DNA of 64,000 bases from NCBI GenBank assembly GCA_963663385.2, contig CAXXXD010000002.1, positions 1,472,001 through 1,536,000 of the forward strand, given 5' to 3'. This document shows, piece after piece, positions 50,852-62,392 of this stretch. This DNA comes from Oceanispirochaeta sp. GTDB lineage: Bacteria > Spirochaetota > Spirochaetia > DSM-2461. Position numbers and translations under genes: made by a program. Position 1 is the first letter of the stretch, and each line of letters begins with the position of its first letter. The notes beneath the pieces were generated by a model. That model was given only the letters and a program-made list of their open reading frames with translations, was not told where the DNA came from and made no database searches.

Positions 50852-51931
50852 ATGTTAGAGGCGATTTTTTATCCGCTGGTTAAGTATTTTTCATTTTTTA
50901 ATATTTTCAAATATATCAGTTTCCGGGCTGCCTATGCGGCTGTCACGGCGCTCCTGCTGTCCTTTATGTTTGGACCGCAGGTTATCAGGATGCTCACAAA
51001 ACTGAAACTCGGGCAGGAAGTACGGAATGACGGTCCTCAGACTCATCTGACTAAAGCCGGTACGCCGACAATGGGTGGTGTGCTGATAGTCTTGTCTGTC
51101 GTGATATCCATAATCCTCTGGCAGGATATAACCCAGTTCTATACCTGGCTTATGGTCCTTTCGCTTATCGGATTCGGCGGATTGGGTTTTATGGATGACT
51201 ACCTGAAAATATCCCGGAAAAGCTCGGAAGGTCTTCGATCCGGTTTGAAATTATGGGGTCAACTGCTGATTTCCACTACCATAATGGTTGTTCTGTATCT
51301 GACCAGAAACGAACATACTACTCTTCTGTATATCCCTTTCTTTAAGAATCCCGTATTGGATATGGGTATTTTCTATATCCCCTTCGGGGTTTTTCTGATG
51401 GTGGGGTTTTCCAATGCCGTGAACCTGACTGATGGACTGGACGGGTTGGCCACCGGGTTGATGATATTTGCTTTAATTGCCTTTACTGTAATATCTTATC
51501 TGTCAGGTCATGTGGGGTTCGCCAGGTACCTGCAGATCCCGTATCTGGTCGGATCCGGAGAGCTTACAATAAGCGGTCTCGCTCTGATCGGCGCCTGTGT
51601 AGGGTTTCTCTGGTTCAACTGTCATCCCTCGGAAATAATGATGGGGGATACAGGCAGTCTCTCCATGGGCGGATTTCTGGCGCTGCTGGCGCTGATCCTT
51701 AAAAAGGAGATACTTCTGCTGATTATCGGAGGTGTTTTTGTTATTGAGACCGCTTCCGTTATGATTCAGGTGTTCTCCTATAAACGGACGGGGAAAAGGG
51801 TATTCAAGATGGCTCCAATCCATCACCATTTTGAGTTGTCCGGCTGGGCGGAAAGCAAAGTTGTAACAAGGTTCTGGATACTGGGCGGTATGTTTGCCAT
51901 TCTGGGTCTTTCAACCCTGAAAATCCAGTAA
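50852..51931 (+). CDS. mraY: Phospho-MurNAc-pentapeptide transferase
   Basis: KAGTPTMGG, NAVNLTDGLDGLA, MGDTGS, MAPIHHHFE. Confidence 0.97.
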   Translation: MLEAIFYPLVKYFSFFNIFKYISFRAAYAAVTALLLSFMFGPQVIRMLTKLKLGQEVRNDGPQTHLTKAGTPTMGGVLIVLSVVISIILWQDITQFYTWLMVLSLIGFGGLGFMDDYLKISRKSSEGLRSGLKLWGQLLISTTIMVVLYLTRNEHTTLLYIPFFKNPVLDMGIFYIPFGVFLMVGFSNAVNLTDGLDGLATGLMIFALIAFTVISYLSGHVGFARYLQIPYLVGSGELTISGLALIGACVGFLWFNCHPSEIMMGDTGSLSMGGFLALLALILKKEILLLIIGGVFVIETASVMIQVFSYKRTGKRVFKMAPIHHHFELSGWAESKVVTRFWILGGMFAILGLSTLKIQ

Positions 51932-51961
51932 CCGCGGAAAGGAAATAGATCAGAGTTTTTC

Positions 51962-53104
51962 ATGAGACGATTTGAAGCGGATAAGATCATAATGAATATG
52001 AGCGACTCGGGATTAAAGGGAGTGATGATTCTCCTGACCGGAACAGGTGTAAGCTCTCTGTTTTCCGCTTCCTACCATTTCGGGCGTGTCGCCGCTAATG
52101 ATCCTTTCTATTTTTTTAATCGTCAGCTTATCTGGATTGTATTGGGAACTCTGTTCGCTCTCATTCTTTCACGCCTTCCCCTTCACTTTATAAGAAAATG
52201 GACCATCCCGTTTGTTTTTGTCACGGTGGTCCTGAATATACTGACTTATATCCCCGGTATCGGGAGCAATGCCGGAGGGGCAACCAGGTGGATTGAGATC
52301 GCAGGGCAGTCTTTTCAGCCCAGTGAGCTTGTCCGGGTTGCACTTGTGCTGTATATGGCTCATATTCTGGATAAGAAAAAAGATCATATGAGTGATTTTT
52401 TTAACTCAGTTCTTCCTGTTTTGATTGCTGCGATTATTCTGACTCTCCTGGTTTATTTTCAGAACGATTTTTCTTCGGCAATTTATATCTTCTCCCTTTC
52501 TTTGATTATCCTTTTTATTGCCGGTCTTAAAAAGAGTTATATGATTGGCGGCGGACTGGCTGTGTTAGCATGCGCAGTCCCCATGATAATGGTAAAACCC
52601 TATCGGATTGAGAGAATCAAATCCTGGCTGCATCCTCTGGCCGATCCCGCCGGAGCCGGGTATCAGCTCCTGAAGGCCAGAATGGCTCTGCAGAACGGCA
52701 GCTTCTGGGGTTTGGGATTCGGACGCGGTCAGATAAAACTGGGCGGTCTTCCTGCCGCTCATTCCGACTTTGTTTTTGCCGTTGTGGGAGAGGAAGCCGG
52801 TTTCCTGGGGATCCTCTTTATTCTGGCCCTCTACCTGGCATTTGCGCTAAAGGGATATTCCATAGCAGTGAAGGGAGAGTGCCGTTATATCCGCCTGGCT
52901 GCTTTCGGTTTAACCAGCGCTGTCTATTTGCAGGCCCTGATTAATATGGCTGTCGTTTCCGGAGCACTGCCGGCAACCGGGATTCCTCTGCCTCTGTTTT
53001 CGGCTGGAGGAACATCAACCTTTGTTACCCTTGGGATTTTCGGACTGCTTCTGAATTTCTCCCGCTTCACATATAAGGAGAAGGAGAAGGCCTGTTATGA
53101 GTAG
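51962..53104 (+). CDS. ftsW: SEDS peptidoglycan polymerase FtsW
   Basis: RWI...FQPSE, GYQ, LPAAHSDF...GEEAG, PATGIPLP. Confidence 0.93.
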   Translation: MRRFEADKIIMNMSDSGLKGVMILLTGTGVSSLFSASYHFGRVAANDPFYFFNRQLIWIVLGTLFALILSRLPLHFIRKWTIPFVFVTVVLNILTYIPGIGSNAGGATRWIEIAGQSFQPSELVRVALVLYMAHILDKKKDHMSDFFNSVLPVLIAAIILTLLVYFQNDFSSAIYIFSLSLIILFIAGLKKSYMIGGGLAVLACAVPMIMVKPYRIERIKSWLHPLADPAGAGYQLLKARMALQNGSFWGLGFGRGQIKLGGLPAAHSDFVFAVVGEEAGFLGILFILALYLAFALKGYSIAVKGECRYIRLAAFGLTSAVYLQALINMAVVSGALPATGIPLPLFSAGGTSTFVTLGIFGLLLNFSRFTYKEKEKACYE

Positions 53105-53888
53105 CACCGCCCTTTCCCCTTTGTACAGAAAAATCCGGAATGTGCTGATTGGACTGGCTCTTCTGCTTACAGCGATCCTGATGGTGCAGCTTATTCTGAA
53201 CTTTCTGGTAATGCCCCGGATGAGAATCGGACAGGTTCTTCTTGAAAGTACCCTGCCTCTTTCTGACGAATCGCTTCTGCAGCTTGGGGGAATCTCCGGC
53301 CGGGTTAACTATCTGACTCTGGATGAAAAAGAGCTTCAGGACAGCTATGAATCGTCCCCTCTGATACGGAAAGCCTATGTTCAGAAGCAGTTCCCCAATA
53401 CTCTCAAGATCGTATTATACGGCAGGAGTCCTCTGGGAATCTCCTATCTGGAGGAGAATGGGCTGGAAATACCTGTTGTTTTTGATGAGCAGGGTGTGAT
53501 TTTTCATAAGGGATCCGGAATTCAGGATCTGGATGTCCCTGTTATATCCGGTATCCGTTACGGCGCCGTACAGGAGGGAATGGCACTTCCGGAGGTTCTG
53601 CTGCCTCTTTTTCATGATCTGAAAAATCTGCAGGATAAGGAGCCTCTGCTTTTTAATCAGATATCGGAAGTCAGGATCAACCGGAAGAATGATGAACAGT
53701 ATGATCTGACCCTGTTTTTAACTTCCTATTCTGTTCCTGTTGTCACAAACGCGTTTATTGACAGCGCCTTACTGAAAAAAATATTGTTGGTTCTGGATGC
53801 TCTTGAGGGGCAGCAGATCATGACGAATCTGGAATATGCGGATTTTCGATCCGGTCAGGTAGTTCTGAAAATGAGGGAGGAGGGATAA
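53097..53888 (+). CDS. ftsQ: Cell division protein FtsQ/DivIB
   Basis: TM plus POTRA domain (KQFPNTLKI); C-terminal YADFR; position. Confidence 0.85.
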   Translation: MSSTALSPLYRKIRNVLIGLALLLTAILMVQLILNFLVMPRMRIGQVLLESTLPLSDESLLQLGGISGRVNYLTLDEKELQDSYESSPLIRKAYVQKQFPNTLKIVLYGRSPLGISYLEENGLEIPVVFDEQGVIFHKGSGIQDLDVPVISGIRYGAVQEGMALPEVLLPLFHDLKNLQDKEPLLFNQISEVRINRKNDEQYDLTLFLTSYSVPVVTNAFIDSALLKKILLVLDALEGQQIMTNLEYADFRSGQVVLKMREEG

Positions 53889-55127
53889 GTGCCGGATAGG
53901 GATATGATCGTCGGGCTGGATATCGGTACGAATACGGTCTGTGCTGTAATCGCCGAATATGACGAACAGGGGGAGCTTCAGGTTTCCGGCATGGGGCTGG
54001 TTCCTTCAGAAGGTCTCCGAAAGGGTGTTGTGGTTAATATCGAAGCAGCCCAGCGGGTAATTGCTGAAGCGATAGAAATGGCCGAACAGGAAGCAGGCCG
54101 AACCGTTCACGATGTTTACACTTCTGTAACCGGCGGTAATGTGGAAGGTTTAAACTCCCGCGGAGTCGTTGCAGTAAGCGGAAGAGGCCGGGAGGTTACA
54201 GCCATGGATGTCCGCCGGGTGCTGGAAGCCGCACGTGCCATCGCTGTTCCCATGGATCGGGAGATCCTTCATGTTATCCCCCAGAACTATATGGTGGATG
54301 ATAAAGTCGGGATTCGCGATCCCCTGGATATGATTGGAGTGCGCCTGGAGGCGGACGTCCATATTATTACAGGAAGTATTGCGGCTACCCAGAATATTAT
54401 CAAATGTATCAACAGAAGCGGGTATAGGGTGAATGAGATTTCCCTTGAATCCCTGGCCGCCGGAGAGGCGGTGCTGACTAAGGATGAGAAGGAGATGGGC
54501 GTTCTGTTTATGGACATAGGCGGCGGAACAACCGACATTGTCGTCTATCATGACGGGGCCCCTCACTATACCGGATCTCTTCCCATAGGAGGGGAGCAGG
54601 TTTCATCGGATCTATCCATTGTTATGGAGCAGTCTCTTGATATGGCCGAGAAAATAAAACTTTCACACGGCTGCTGCTGGGAACCTCTTGTGGATATGAC
54701 GGGAGAGGTACTTCTTCCGGGCCTGGGCGGGAGACCGCCCCGGAACTTTCCTGAGGTGGAAATCTGCCGGATTATTCAGTCCCGGATGGCCGAAATATTT
54801 CTGCTTATAAGAAAGCAGCTGCACCAGAAGGGGTATATGAACCGACTGGGCAGCGGGATTGTAATTAGCGGCGGGGGAGCCCTTCTGCAGGGAACCGCGG
54901 AACTGGCTTTGGATATTTTCAGCCGGCCCGTAAGAGTCGGAATCCCTTCGGGGATACGGGAGATGCCTCAGGCATGCAGGACACCCGAGTGTGCAACTGC
55001 AATAGGTCTGGTGCTTATGGCTCAGAATGAGGAAGCTCCCTATTCCGCCGAAACAGAAAATGGAACAAGCGTTTCAGTCGGCTCATTCTGGAAGAGTATT
55101 AAAGATTGGTTAGGTAATTTTATTTAG
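53889..55127 (+). CDS. ftsA: Cell division protein FtsA
   Basis: GLDIGT, GLRKGVVVNIE, DIGGGTT, SGGGA. Confidence 0.96.
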   Translation: MPDRDMIVGLDIGTNTVCAVIAEYDEQGELQVSGMGLVPSEGLRKGVVVNIEAAQRVIAEAIEMAEQEAGRTVHDVYTSVTGGNVEGLNSRGVVAVSGRGREVTAMDVRRVLEAARAIAVPMDREILHVIPQNYMVDDKVGIRDPLDMIGVRLEADVHIITGSIAATQNIIKCINRSGYRVNEISLESLAAGEAVLTKDEKEMGVLFMDIGGGTTDIVVYHDGAPHYTGSLPIGGEQVSSDLSIVMEQSLDMAEKIKLSHGCCWEPLVDMTGEVLLPGLGGRPPRNFPEVEICRIIQSRMAEIFLLIRKQLHQKGYMNRLGSGIVISGGGALLQGTAELALDIFSRPVRVGIPSGIREMPQACRTPECATAIGLVLMAQNEEAPYSAETENGTSVSVGSFWKSIKDWLGNFI

Positions 55128-55166
55128 AGATATATTTATTCGGATATCCTTGGGAGGGGATTTAAT

Positions 55167-56369
55167 ATGGAACTGGAAATACTGGAAGAAACACTGGGTA
55201 ACAAGACAGTTATCAAAGTTATCGGAGCTGGCGGCGGTGGAAGCAATGCGGTCAACCGCATGATATCCTGCGGCGTTCAAGGGGTGGAATTTATTGCAAC
55301 CAATACGGATCTGCAGGCATTGGAGAAATCGGAAGCCAAAATCAAGCTGCCCCTGGGAACAAAGCTGACAGGGGGTCTTGGAGCTGGAGGAAATCCCGAA
55401 ATCGGTGCCCAGGCTGCAGAGGAAGATAAGGAGACCCTTAAAAATATCCTCAAAGGGGCAGATATGGTTTTTATTACCGCCGGAATGGGGGGCGGAACAG
55501 GAACAGGATCTGCTCCGGTAATAGCCCGGATTGCCAGGGAGCTGGGAGCTCTCACTGTCGCTGTTGTCACCAAACCTTTCGGTTTCGAACAGAAAAGAAA
55601 AATGCTCCTTGCGGAAGAAGGTATTCGTAATCTGTATAAGGAAGTGGATACGCTGATTACAATTCCCAACGAGAACCTTATGAAGATCGTAGAGAAGAAT
55701 ACACCGATCCGGGAAGCCTTCCTTAAAGCGGACGATGTGCTCCGGATGGGTGTTCAGGGAATCTCCGACCTTATTACCCAGCACGGGGACATTAATATTG
55801 ACTTTGCGGATGTAAAAGCCGTTATGAATGGTCAGGGTGAAGCCCTTATGGGTACCGGTACAGGCCGGGGAGATAACCGGGCTATTGATGCCGCTACAAG
55901 CGCCATTAACAACCCTCTTCTGGAAGATGCCAATATAGAAGGCGCTATGGGACTGCTTGTCAATGTGGCGGGAGGTCATAATCTGGCCCTGTCCGAATAC
56001 AAGGAAGTCATGGATATTATCGCCGAAAATATTGATCCCAATGCGACGGTTATACCCGGTACAACCATTGATGAAACAATGGATGACGAGATTAAGGTTA
56101 CTGTTATCGCAACCGGTTTTCATACCAGGCGCTTTGAGAATGCGGATGTTCCCGAAATTGCAGAAGAACCTCCAGTTACTTCCGGCAGGGACGAAGTCCT
56201 TTCCTATGATAAATGGAAAAGTTTTTACGATGAAGGAAGCAGTCACAGGGAAATTTCCGGAAGCGGTAACTCATTTCAGAGTCTGTTGGGCGGAGGGAGC
56301 CTTGAATCGGATCTTTATGTTCCGACCTATTTAAGGAATAGAAAAGTCCCTACCGGTAATGAAGGCTGA
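55167..56369 (+). CDS. ftsZ: Cell division protein FtsZ
   Basis: [26 protein letters not shown]-terminal DLYVPTYLR. Confidence 0.98.
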   Translation: MELEILEETLGNKTVIKVIGAGGGGSNAVNRMISCGVQGVEFIATNTDLQALEKSEAKIKLPLGTKLTGGLGAGGNPEIGAQAAEEDKETLKNILKGADMVFITAGMGGGTGTGSAPVIARIARELGALTVAVVTKPFGFEQKRKMLLAEEGIRNLYKEVDTLITIPNENLMKIVEKNTPIREAFLKADDVLRMGVQGISDLITQHGDINIDFADVKAVMNGQGEALMGTGTGRGDNRAIDAATSAINNPLLEDANIEGAMGLLVNVAGGHNLALSEYKEVMDIIAENIDPNATVIPGTTIDETMDDEIKVTVIATGFHTRRFENADVPEIAEEPPVTSGRDEVLSYDKWKSFYDEGSSHREISGSGNSFQSLLGGGSLESDLYVPTYLRNRKVPTGNEG

Positions 56370-56372
56370 TTG

Positions 56373-57266
56373 ATGACCGGGGTAAAAGTTTCCAGACAAT
56401 ACGATACCTACCTCCGTGTTGAACTCCGTATGTCTCCCAATACGGTAGACGCTTACCTCAGAGAGGTATTGAAACTGGAGACTTTTCTTGACTCGTCCAA
56501 AAGGAGCTGGACAGATCTGGATGCTCCACTGCTGGAAGATTATCTGATTACTGTACGTCAGAAGGATCAGGATCTGAGTCCCCGAACCCTTTCCAGGATC
56601 CTCAGCAGTCTAAGATCCCTGATGGAGTATCTCCAACTGGTCGGAATGCGGACGGACAATCCTCTTAACGGGATTGATATGCCCCGTATTACCCAGACCC
56701 TTCCGGAAGTAATGAATATCGAAGAGGTGGAAGCTTTTCTGGATGCGATTCCACTCGATACGATTTTAGGGATGAGGGACCGGACGCTCTTTGAATTGAT
56801 ATACTCCTGCGGCCTCAGGGTATCAGAAGCCGTTGACATCGAAATGACTAATATTTTTCTGGAAGAGGGGATGCTTCAGATTTTCGGGAAAGGCCGTAAG
56901 GAGCGCTGGGTTCCCCTGGGAGCTGAGGCTGAACACTGGTTGAAGGTATACCTGAGTGATGTTCGGCCCAGAATGCTGAAACCGGGGATACAGACTAACA
57001 AGGTCTTTCTGAATAACAGGGGAAACGGACTATCCCGGAAGGGAATGTGGAAAAACTTCAAAACCATTGCAGAGAAGGCAGGAGTTTCCGGAAAAATCCA
57101 TACCCTCCGCCATTCATTTGCCACCCATCTGCTGCAGGGCGGAGCAGATCTGAGGAGCGTACAGGAGATGCTGGGGCATTCGGATATCAGTACGACACAG
57201 ATCTACACCCATCTGGACAGGGATGATCTGGAAAAAGCGCATGGAGATTTTCATCCAAGGGGGTAG
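56373..57266 (+). CDS. xerD: Tyrosine recombinase XerD
   Basis: GLRVSE, GKGRKER, HTLRHSFATHLL, LGHSDISTTQIYTH. Confidence 0.85.
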   Translation: MTGVKVSRQYDTYLRVELRMSPNTVDAYLREVLKLETFLDSSKRSWTDLDAPLLEDYLITVRQKDQDLSPRTLSRILSSLRSLMEYLQLVGMRTDNPLNGIDMPRITQTLPEVMNIEEVEAFLDAIPLDTILGMRDRTLFELIYSCGLRVSEAVDIEMTNIFLEEGMLQIFGKGRKERWVPLGAEAEHWLKVYLSDVRPRMLKPGIQTNKVFLNNRGNGLSRKGMWKNFKTIAEKAGVSGKIHTLRHSFATHLLQGGADLRSVQEMLGHSDISTTQIYTHLDRDDLEKAHGDFHPRG

Positions 57267-57268
57267 TT

Positions 57269-58015
57269 ATGGCAGAAGTCAAGTCGGATTTTTTCTACAA
57301 AATGAAACGTCTTTTTATGTTCTCAGCCATTCTTGTTTTAACTGCTGCCTGTCGTCCCGGACGGAATACAGAGCTGGCCGAAAGAGTCTATGAACTTGAA
57401 ACCGGCAATCCATCTTCCGCAGCAGAGCCAGAGGAGATCCGTTCCATAAGAAAAGATCTGAACCGCTGGGAAGAGGAGCTGAATGACGCCATTACGGCCG
57501 GTCGGAATACAGGGCGGTATTATAAAACTCTGGGACTGAAATTTCTGGATTATAAAATGTACGGCCCGGCCCGGGACAGTTTCAGCCGTGCCCTCGAACT
57601 GTCTCCCGAAAGCGGCCGTCTGTACTATTACCGGGGGTTGTCCCTGTCGCGTCTGGCTCTGACAAGGCAGGAGCCAGACGAACGGATGGAAGAGATGCTC
57701 CTGGTCGAAAAGGATTACCTCCGTTCAATAGCGGTTGAACCGAAATTCGCCACACCCTACTACAGCATTGCCATTCTCTATATTTATGAATTAAAGCGGC
57801 CTTTTGAAGCAGCTCCCCATCTTGAAAAGTATGTTTCCATAGAGCGGAGCGACAGCAGGGGACACCTCCTGTATGCTCAACTGCTGGAAGATATGGGACA
57901 GCTCGAAAAGGCTCTTGATCACTATAATAAAGTCCTTTCACTCTCTCAGCGGGAGGATGAAAAAGAGCAGGCCCGTGAGTACATCCAGCGGATAAAAGAG
58001 GAGAAATGGCAATGA
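57269..58015 (+). CDS. TPR lipoprotein
   Basis: Lipobox LTAAC; TPR motifs. Confidence 0.75.
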   Translation: MAEVKSDFFYKMKRLFMFSAILVLTAACRPGRNTELAERVYELETGNPSSAAEPEEIRSIRKDLNRWEEELNDAITAGRNTGRYYKTLGLKFLDYKMYGPARDSFSRALELSPESGRLYYYRGLSLSRLALTRQEPDERMEEMLLVEKDYLRSIAVEPKFATPYYSIAILYIYELKRPFEAAPHLEKYVSIERSDSRGHLLYAQLLEDMGQLEKALDHYNKVLSLSQREDEKEQAREYIQRIKEEKWQ

Positions 58016-59016
58016 ATAAATCTGTTGTTTTTGCCCTGCACAGACTCTCATATCTGAAACTGGATGAAAAACTGAAGATTCTGAGTGAGTATCCGACTGA
58101 GCAGGCTTTTGCTGAATTGACCCGTTTCGAACTTGAATGGTTTTTGGGACGCAGGATCCGGTGCGCAGCATTCTCTCCCTTTCTGATGCTGGAAACAGCC
58201 AAACGTGATCTGGCCGATTGTGAGAAAACCCGAACCTGTTATGCGTTTTTCGGGGACCCCGCCTATCCCTCGCTTTTAAAAGAAATCTATGATCCTCCGC
58301 TGGTTCTTTTCTGGAAGGGTACTCTGCCTCCGGAAAATCAGCCGGCTCTTGCTGTGGTAGGAACCCGTAAGCCCTCCCTTGATGCGGACAGAAACGCCTT
58401 CTGTCTGGGCATGGATGCTGTCAGAGGACATATCTCCCTGATTTCAGGGATGGCTGCCGGAATAGACGGGGCTGCTCATAAGGGTGCTCTGGCAATGAAC
58501 GGAAGAACCTGGGCTGTGCTCGGGACAGGCTGTGACAGACCCTATCCGTCTGCTCACCGCCATCTGGCGGAAGAGATTCTGAATCACGGGGGCGGTCTGA
58601 TCAGCGAGTTTTTCCCGGGCACCGGGCCTGTCCGTCATAACTTTCCCAAAAGGAATAGAATTATCAGCGGCCTATGCGCCAGAGTTGTTATCGTTCAGGC
58701 TCCCCGCCGTTCGGGTGCGCTGTATACGGCAGATTTCGCTCTGGATCAGGGGCGGGATGTTTATGTGCATGCCAGCGGACTCAAGGGCGGATTCTGTCAG
58801 GGAACGGTGAATCTGGCCAGACAGGGAGCCCCGGTAATTGATTTGCTGAATGATATCTATCCCCATATTCCTGATCCCTATCGGGGATTTCAGGAGCCCT
58901 TCGGTCTGCAGGCAGGCGACCCGGAAGAGGCCGGGCATATGGCGGCACAGCTGATGGGAGAGGAACTGAAGGGAACTCTCACTTTTTACAAAGGAAGGAC
59001 GCAGAGTTATGGTTGA
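58006..59016 (+). CDS. dprA: DNA-processing protein DprA/Smf
   Basis: AVVGTR, SGMAAGIDGAAH, FPKRNRIISGL, SGALYTA. Confidence 0.95.
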   Translation: MAMNKSVVFALHRLSYLKLDEKLKILSEYPTEQAFAELTRFELEWFLGRRIRCAAFSPFLMLETAKRDLADCEKTRTCYAFFGDPAYPSLLKEIYDPPLVLFWKGTLPPENQPALAVVGTRKPSLDADRNAFCLGMDAVRGHISLISGMAAGIDGAAHKGALAMNGRTWAVLGTGCDRPYPSAHRHLAEEILNHGGGLISEFFPGTGPVRHNFPKRNRIISGLCARVVIVQAPRRSGALYTADFALDQGRDVYVHASGLKGGFCQGTVNLARQGAPVIDLLNDIYPHIPDPYRGFQEPFGLQAGDPEEAGHMAAQLMGEELKGTLTFYKGRTQSYG

Positions 59017-59935
59017 TACAGTAGCATGGATGGATGACTATCTTAAGTTCTGCCGGAATATTCGAACCCTGTCCGAACGTACCCTTCAGGCTTATTCCCG
59101 TGATATAGAAAGCTGGTTTCAGTTTCTGGAGCAGGAAAACATTGAAGCGGACAAAGCGGACAGGGGTATTGCCCGTCTCTATATCAGTTCTCTTTCCATG
59201 AGGCAGCTATCTCCTGCCACCATAAACAGAACCCTCTCCTCCCTGAAAGGATTTTATGACCATCAGGAAGGGAAAAAACTGGTGACAGGCAACCCTTTTA
59301 CAGGGGTCAGGTCCCAGAAAAAAGCCGGTAACCTGCCGGTGTATCTTACAAACAGGGAGATAGAAATCCTTCTTGAAGCGGCGGAAGGAACTTCATTCGA
59401 AGCTCTCAGGGATACAGTTCTCTTCGAACTTCTCTATTCCACAGGTTGCCGTGTCAGTGAACTCTGTCACCTGAATGCGGATTCCATTGCAAATGACCGG
59501 ATTCTGATTAAAGGAAAGGGAGGCCGTCAGCGATATGTGTTTATCGGAAATAACGCCAGGAAAGCCCTGGATGCTTATCTTCCGGTACGACTGGAAAAAC
59601 TGACCGTGTTAAAGGAACCCGGTAGGAAAGCCCTTATTCTTGATCAGAGAATGGACCGGTTAACAACACGGGGTGTGTATTATATAATTCAGAAATACCT
59701 GAGAAAAACCGGTTTGAACCGGAAGGCCGGAGCTCACGCGTTTCGCCATGCTTTTGCTACAGAGCTATTGAACGAAGGGGCGGATATACGGGTTGTTCAG
59801 GAGATGCTGGGACATGCCAGTCTTTCCACTACTCAGGTGTATACCCATACGGGGATTGAACGGATCAGAAGGGTCTACCGTCAGGCGCATCCTCATGGAA
59901 AGGAACGAATAAGAAGTCACAGGAGTACTGTATGA
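59009..59935 (+). CDS. xerC: Tyrosine recombinase XerC
   Basis: [29 protein letters not shown]; located before hslV. Confidence 0.85.
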   Translation: MVDTVAWMDDYLKFCRNIRTLSERTLQAYSRDIESWFQFLEQENIEADKADRGIARLYISSLSMRQLSPATINRTLSSLKGFYDHQEGKKLVTGNPFTGVRSQKKAGNLPVYLTNREIEILLEAAEGTSFEALRDTVLFELLYSTGCRVSELCHLNADSIANDRILIKGKGGRQRYVFIGNNARKALDAYLPVRLEKLTVLKEPGRKALILDQRMDRLTTRGVYYIIQKYLRKTGLNRKAGAHAFRHAFATELLNEGADIRVVQEMLGHASLSTTQVYTHTGIERIRRVYRQAHPHGKERIRSHRSTV

Positions 59936-60474
59936 GTATAAGAATAAAGGGAACTACTATACTGGCTGTCAGAAGAAACGGTCAGATGGCCATGGCCGGC
60001 GACGGTCAGGTAACTATGGGTGAATCTGTTATTATGAAGGGCAATGCCCGTAAAGTGCGAAGGCTGTATAACGATCAGGTTGTTGTCGGATTTGCCGGTT
60101 CGACGGCAGATGCCTTTACCCTGGAAGAGCGGTTTGAGGGAAAGCTCAGGGAATTTAACGGGGATATTACAAGATCCGCTGTTGAACTGGCCAAGGACTG
60201 GCGGACTGACCGTGCCCTCAGGCGTCTGGAAGCCATGCTTCTTGTTATGGATAAGGATAAAATCCTCCTCCTCTCGGGAAACGGGGATGTTATCGAACCG
60301 GAAGGGGGAGCCATTGCCATCGGTTCCGGCGGAAACTACGCCTATGCGGCGGCCAGAGCATTTCTGGACGGATCTGATTACAGCGCCGCAGAGATTGCCG
60401 AAAGATCTCTGAAAATAGCAGGCGACATCTGCGTGTTTACAAACCATAACATCATCGTGGAGGAAATATCATGA
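59932..60474 (+). CDS. hslV: ATP-dependent protease peptidase subunit HslV
   Basis: [28 protein letters not shown]. Confidence 0.97.
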   Translation: MSIRIKGTTILAVRRNGQMAMAGDGQVTMGESVIMKGNARKVRRLYNDQVVVGFAGSTADAFTLEERFEGKLREFNGDITRSAVELAKDWRTDRALRRLEAMLLVMDKDKILLLSGNGDVIEPEGGAIAIGSGGNYAYAAARAFLDGSDYSAAEIAERSLKIAGDICVFTNHNIIVEEIS

Positions 60475-61847
60475 AACCAGTACTGGAACAGCAGACTCCC
60501 AAGGAGATCGTAGCTGAACTGGATAAATATATTATCGGTCAGAATAAGGCAAAGAAAGCAGTGGCCATTGCACTGCGGAACCGGCTCCGCCGCTCCATGC
60601 TGACCGAGGAACTGCGGGATGAAATCGCCCCTAAAAACATTATTATGATTGGCCCCACGGGAGTCGGTAAAACAGAAATTGCCCGCCGTCTCTCCCGTTT
60701 GTGCGGTGCCCCTTTTATCAAGGTGGAAGCCACCAAGTTCACCGAAGTCGGTTATGTTGGACGGGATGTGGAATCCATGGTCCGTGACCTGATGGCGGCT
60801 GCGGTGTCCATGGTGAAAGCAGAGCTTAAAGAAGGGGTCCGGGATGAGGCTGTGGCGGCCACGGAGGAGGCTCTTCTGGATCTCCTGCTTCCCGGTTCCA
60901 ATAAAATCAACCCTGTCCCTGACGGTGAGGGGAAACTGCCCGATGTGATTCCCGAATCTCCGGGAGCCCATACCAGGGAAATCTTCAGAAGAAAGCTGCG
61001 GGACGGCGAACTGGAAGAGCGGCAGGTCGAGGTAAAAGTCTCAGGAGGGACGACTCCATCCATAGAGATATTCTCGGGGAATAACTTTGAAGCCATGGAT
61101 ATGAAACTGGGGGCCCTGGGGAATATTTTCGGCGGAGGAAACAAGAAAACACGCAAGGTGAGTGTCGCCCAGGCACGGGAAATTCTGATGAGCGAGCAGA
61201 CAGATCGTCTGATCGATACGGATAGTGCTGTCGATATGGCCCGGGACAGGGTTCAGAATATGGGAATCATCTTTATCGACGAGATAGATAAGATAGCGAA
61301 CAGGGAGAGCAAGGCAGGGGGGCAGGATGTCTCCCGGGAAGGTGTTCAAAGGGATATCCTCCCTATAGTTGAGGGGAGTACGGTAAGTACAAAATACGGT
61401 ATGATTGACACCTCTCACATCCTGTTTATCGCGGCAGGCGCCTTCAATCTCTCCAAGCCGTCCGACCTGATTCCGGAACTTCAGGGGCGTTTCCCTATCA
61501 GGGTGGAACTGGAGGATTTGAATGCGGATGCCTTCGAGATGATTCTGACACAGCCGAAGAACGCCCTGATCCGCCAGTATTCGGAGCTGCTGAAAACGGA
61601 AGAGGTCTCACTGGACTTTGCCGGACAAGCAATCAGACGACTGGCGGAAATCGCAGAGGAAGTCAATAACCGGACTGAGAACATCGGCGCCAGACGGCTC
61701 CATACCATTATGGAACACCTTCTGGAGGACGTATCATTTAACGCTCCCGATATGAGAGGGCAAACCATACCGGTTACTCCGGAATATGTGGATGAACGCT
61801 TGAGCGACATCATTAAGGACAGGGATCTGAGCCGCTATATCCTTTAG
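60471..61847 (+). CDS. hslU: ATP-dependent protease ATPase subunit HslU
   Basis: [36 protein letters not shown]. Confidence 0.97.
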   Translation: MKPVLEQQTPKEIVAELDKYIIGQNKAKKAVAIALRNRLRRSMLTEELRDEIAPKNIIMIGPTGVGKTEIARRLSRLCGAPFIKVEATKFTEVGYVGRDVESMVRDLMAAAVSMVKAELKEGVRDEAVAATEEALLDLLLPGSNKINPVPDGEGKLPDVIPESPGAHTREIFRRKLRDGELEERQVEVKVSGGTTPSIEIFSGNNFEAMDMKLGALGNIFGGGNKKTRKVSVAQAREILMSEQTDRLIDTDSAVDMARDRVQNMGIIFIDEIDKIANRESKAGGQDVSREGVQRDILPIVEGSTVSTKYGMIDTSHILFIAAGAFNLSKPSDLIPELQGRFPIRVELEDLNADAFEMILTQPKNALIRQYSELLKTEEVSLDFAGQAIRRLAEIAEEVNNRTENIGARRLHTIMEHLLEDVSFNAPDMRGQTIPVTPEYVDERLSDIIKDRDLSRYIL

Positions 61848-61885
61848 GGATCCGGGATTAACCGGTGAGAAAGGGAACTTTACTG

Positions 61886-61913
61886 TAAACGGGGGAGGGG
61901 TTTTTGCCGATTA
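61886..61913 (+). promoter_or_regulatory. Sigma28 (FliA)-type promoter of flgB
   Basis: TAAA-N16-GCCGATTA upstream of flgB. Confidence 0.7.
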
Positions 61914-61944
61914 TAGTAGGGAACCGACTAAAACAATGAGGTAG

Positions 61945-62367
61945 ATGAGTATGTTTACAGGCAACAGCTTTGGAAAGACAATTGATATTCTGCAGAGAAC
62001 CATGGATACGTCCCTGCTGAGGCGTGAGGTAATTTCCAACAATATCGCCAATGCGGAAACTCCCAACTTCAAAAGAAGCGATGTGAATTTTGAAGCGGAG
62101 CTCTCCAGAGCACTGGCATCTGAAAACAGGCAGACCCTCCCGGCCCGTGTAACCGATGCCCGTCATATGAGCTTCAATGAAGTAACGGACTATCGGTCGG
62201 TCAGACCCAGACGTGTTCTGGACTATTTGACTACCTCAAAAAACAATGGAAACAATGTGGATGTCGAGCAGGAAATCATGATGGCCACAGAGAATCAGAT
62301 GATGTACGAACTGATGAGTCAGTCCATGGCCTGGCAGTTCTCACAGATCAACCTGGTTGCTAGATAA
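61945..62367 (+). CDS. flgB: Flagellar basal-body rod protein FlgB
   Basis: SNNIANAETPNFK, NGNNVDVE. Confidence 0.95.
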   Translation: MSMFTGNSFGKTIDILQRTMDTSLLRREVISNNIANAETPNFKRSDVNFEAELSRALASENRQTLPARVTDARHMSFNEVTDYRSVRPRRVLDYLTTSKNNGNNVDVEQEIMMATENQMMYELMSQSMAWQFSQINLVAR

Positions 62368-62392
62368 CCTGATAATTGAGGAGAAATAGAGT

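Noticed and set aside
55110..56246. 378-aa antisense ORF over ftsZ (likewise 47862-48857, 17396-18172, 46611-47339, 62399-63250)
   Set aside because: Shadow ORFs opposite well-supported genes, with no recognisable motifs.
56373..59935. Two tyrosine recombinases as prophage or ICE integrases
   Set aside because: They have XerD/XerC signatures in a housekeeping context, with no phage or conjugation genes or att repeats.
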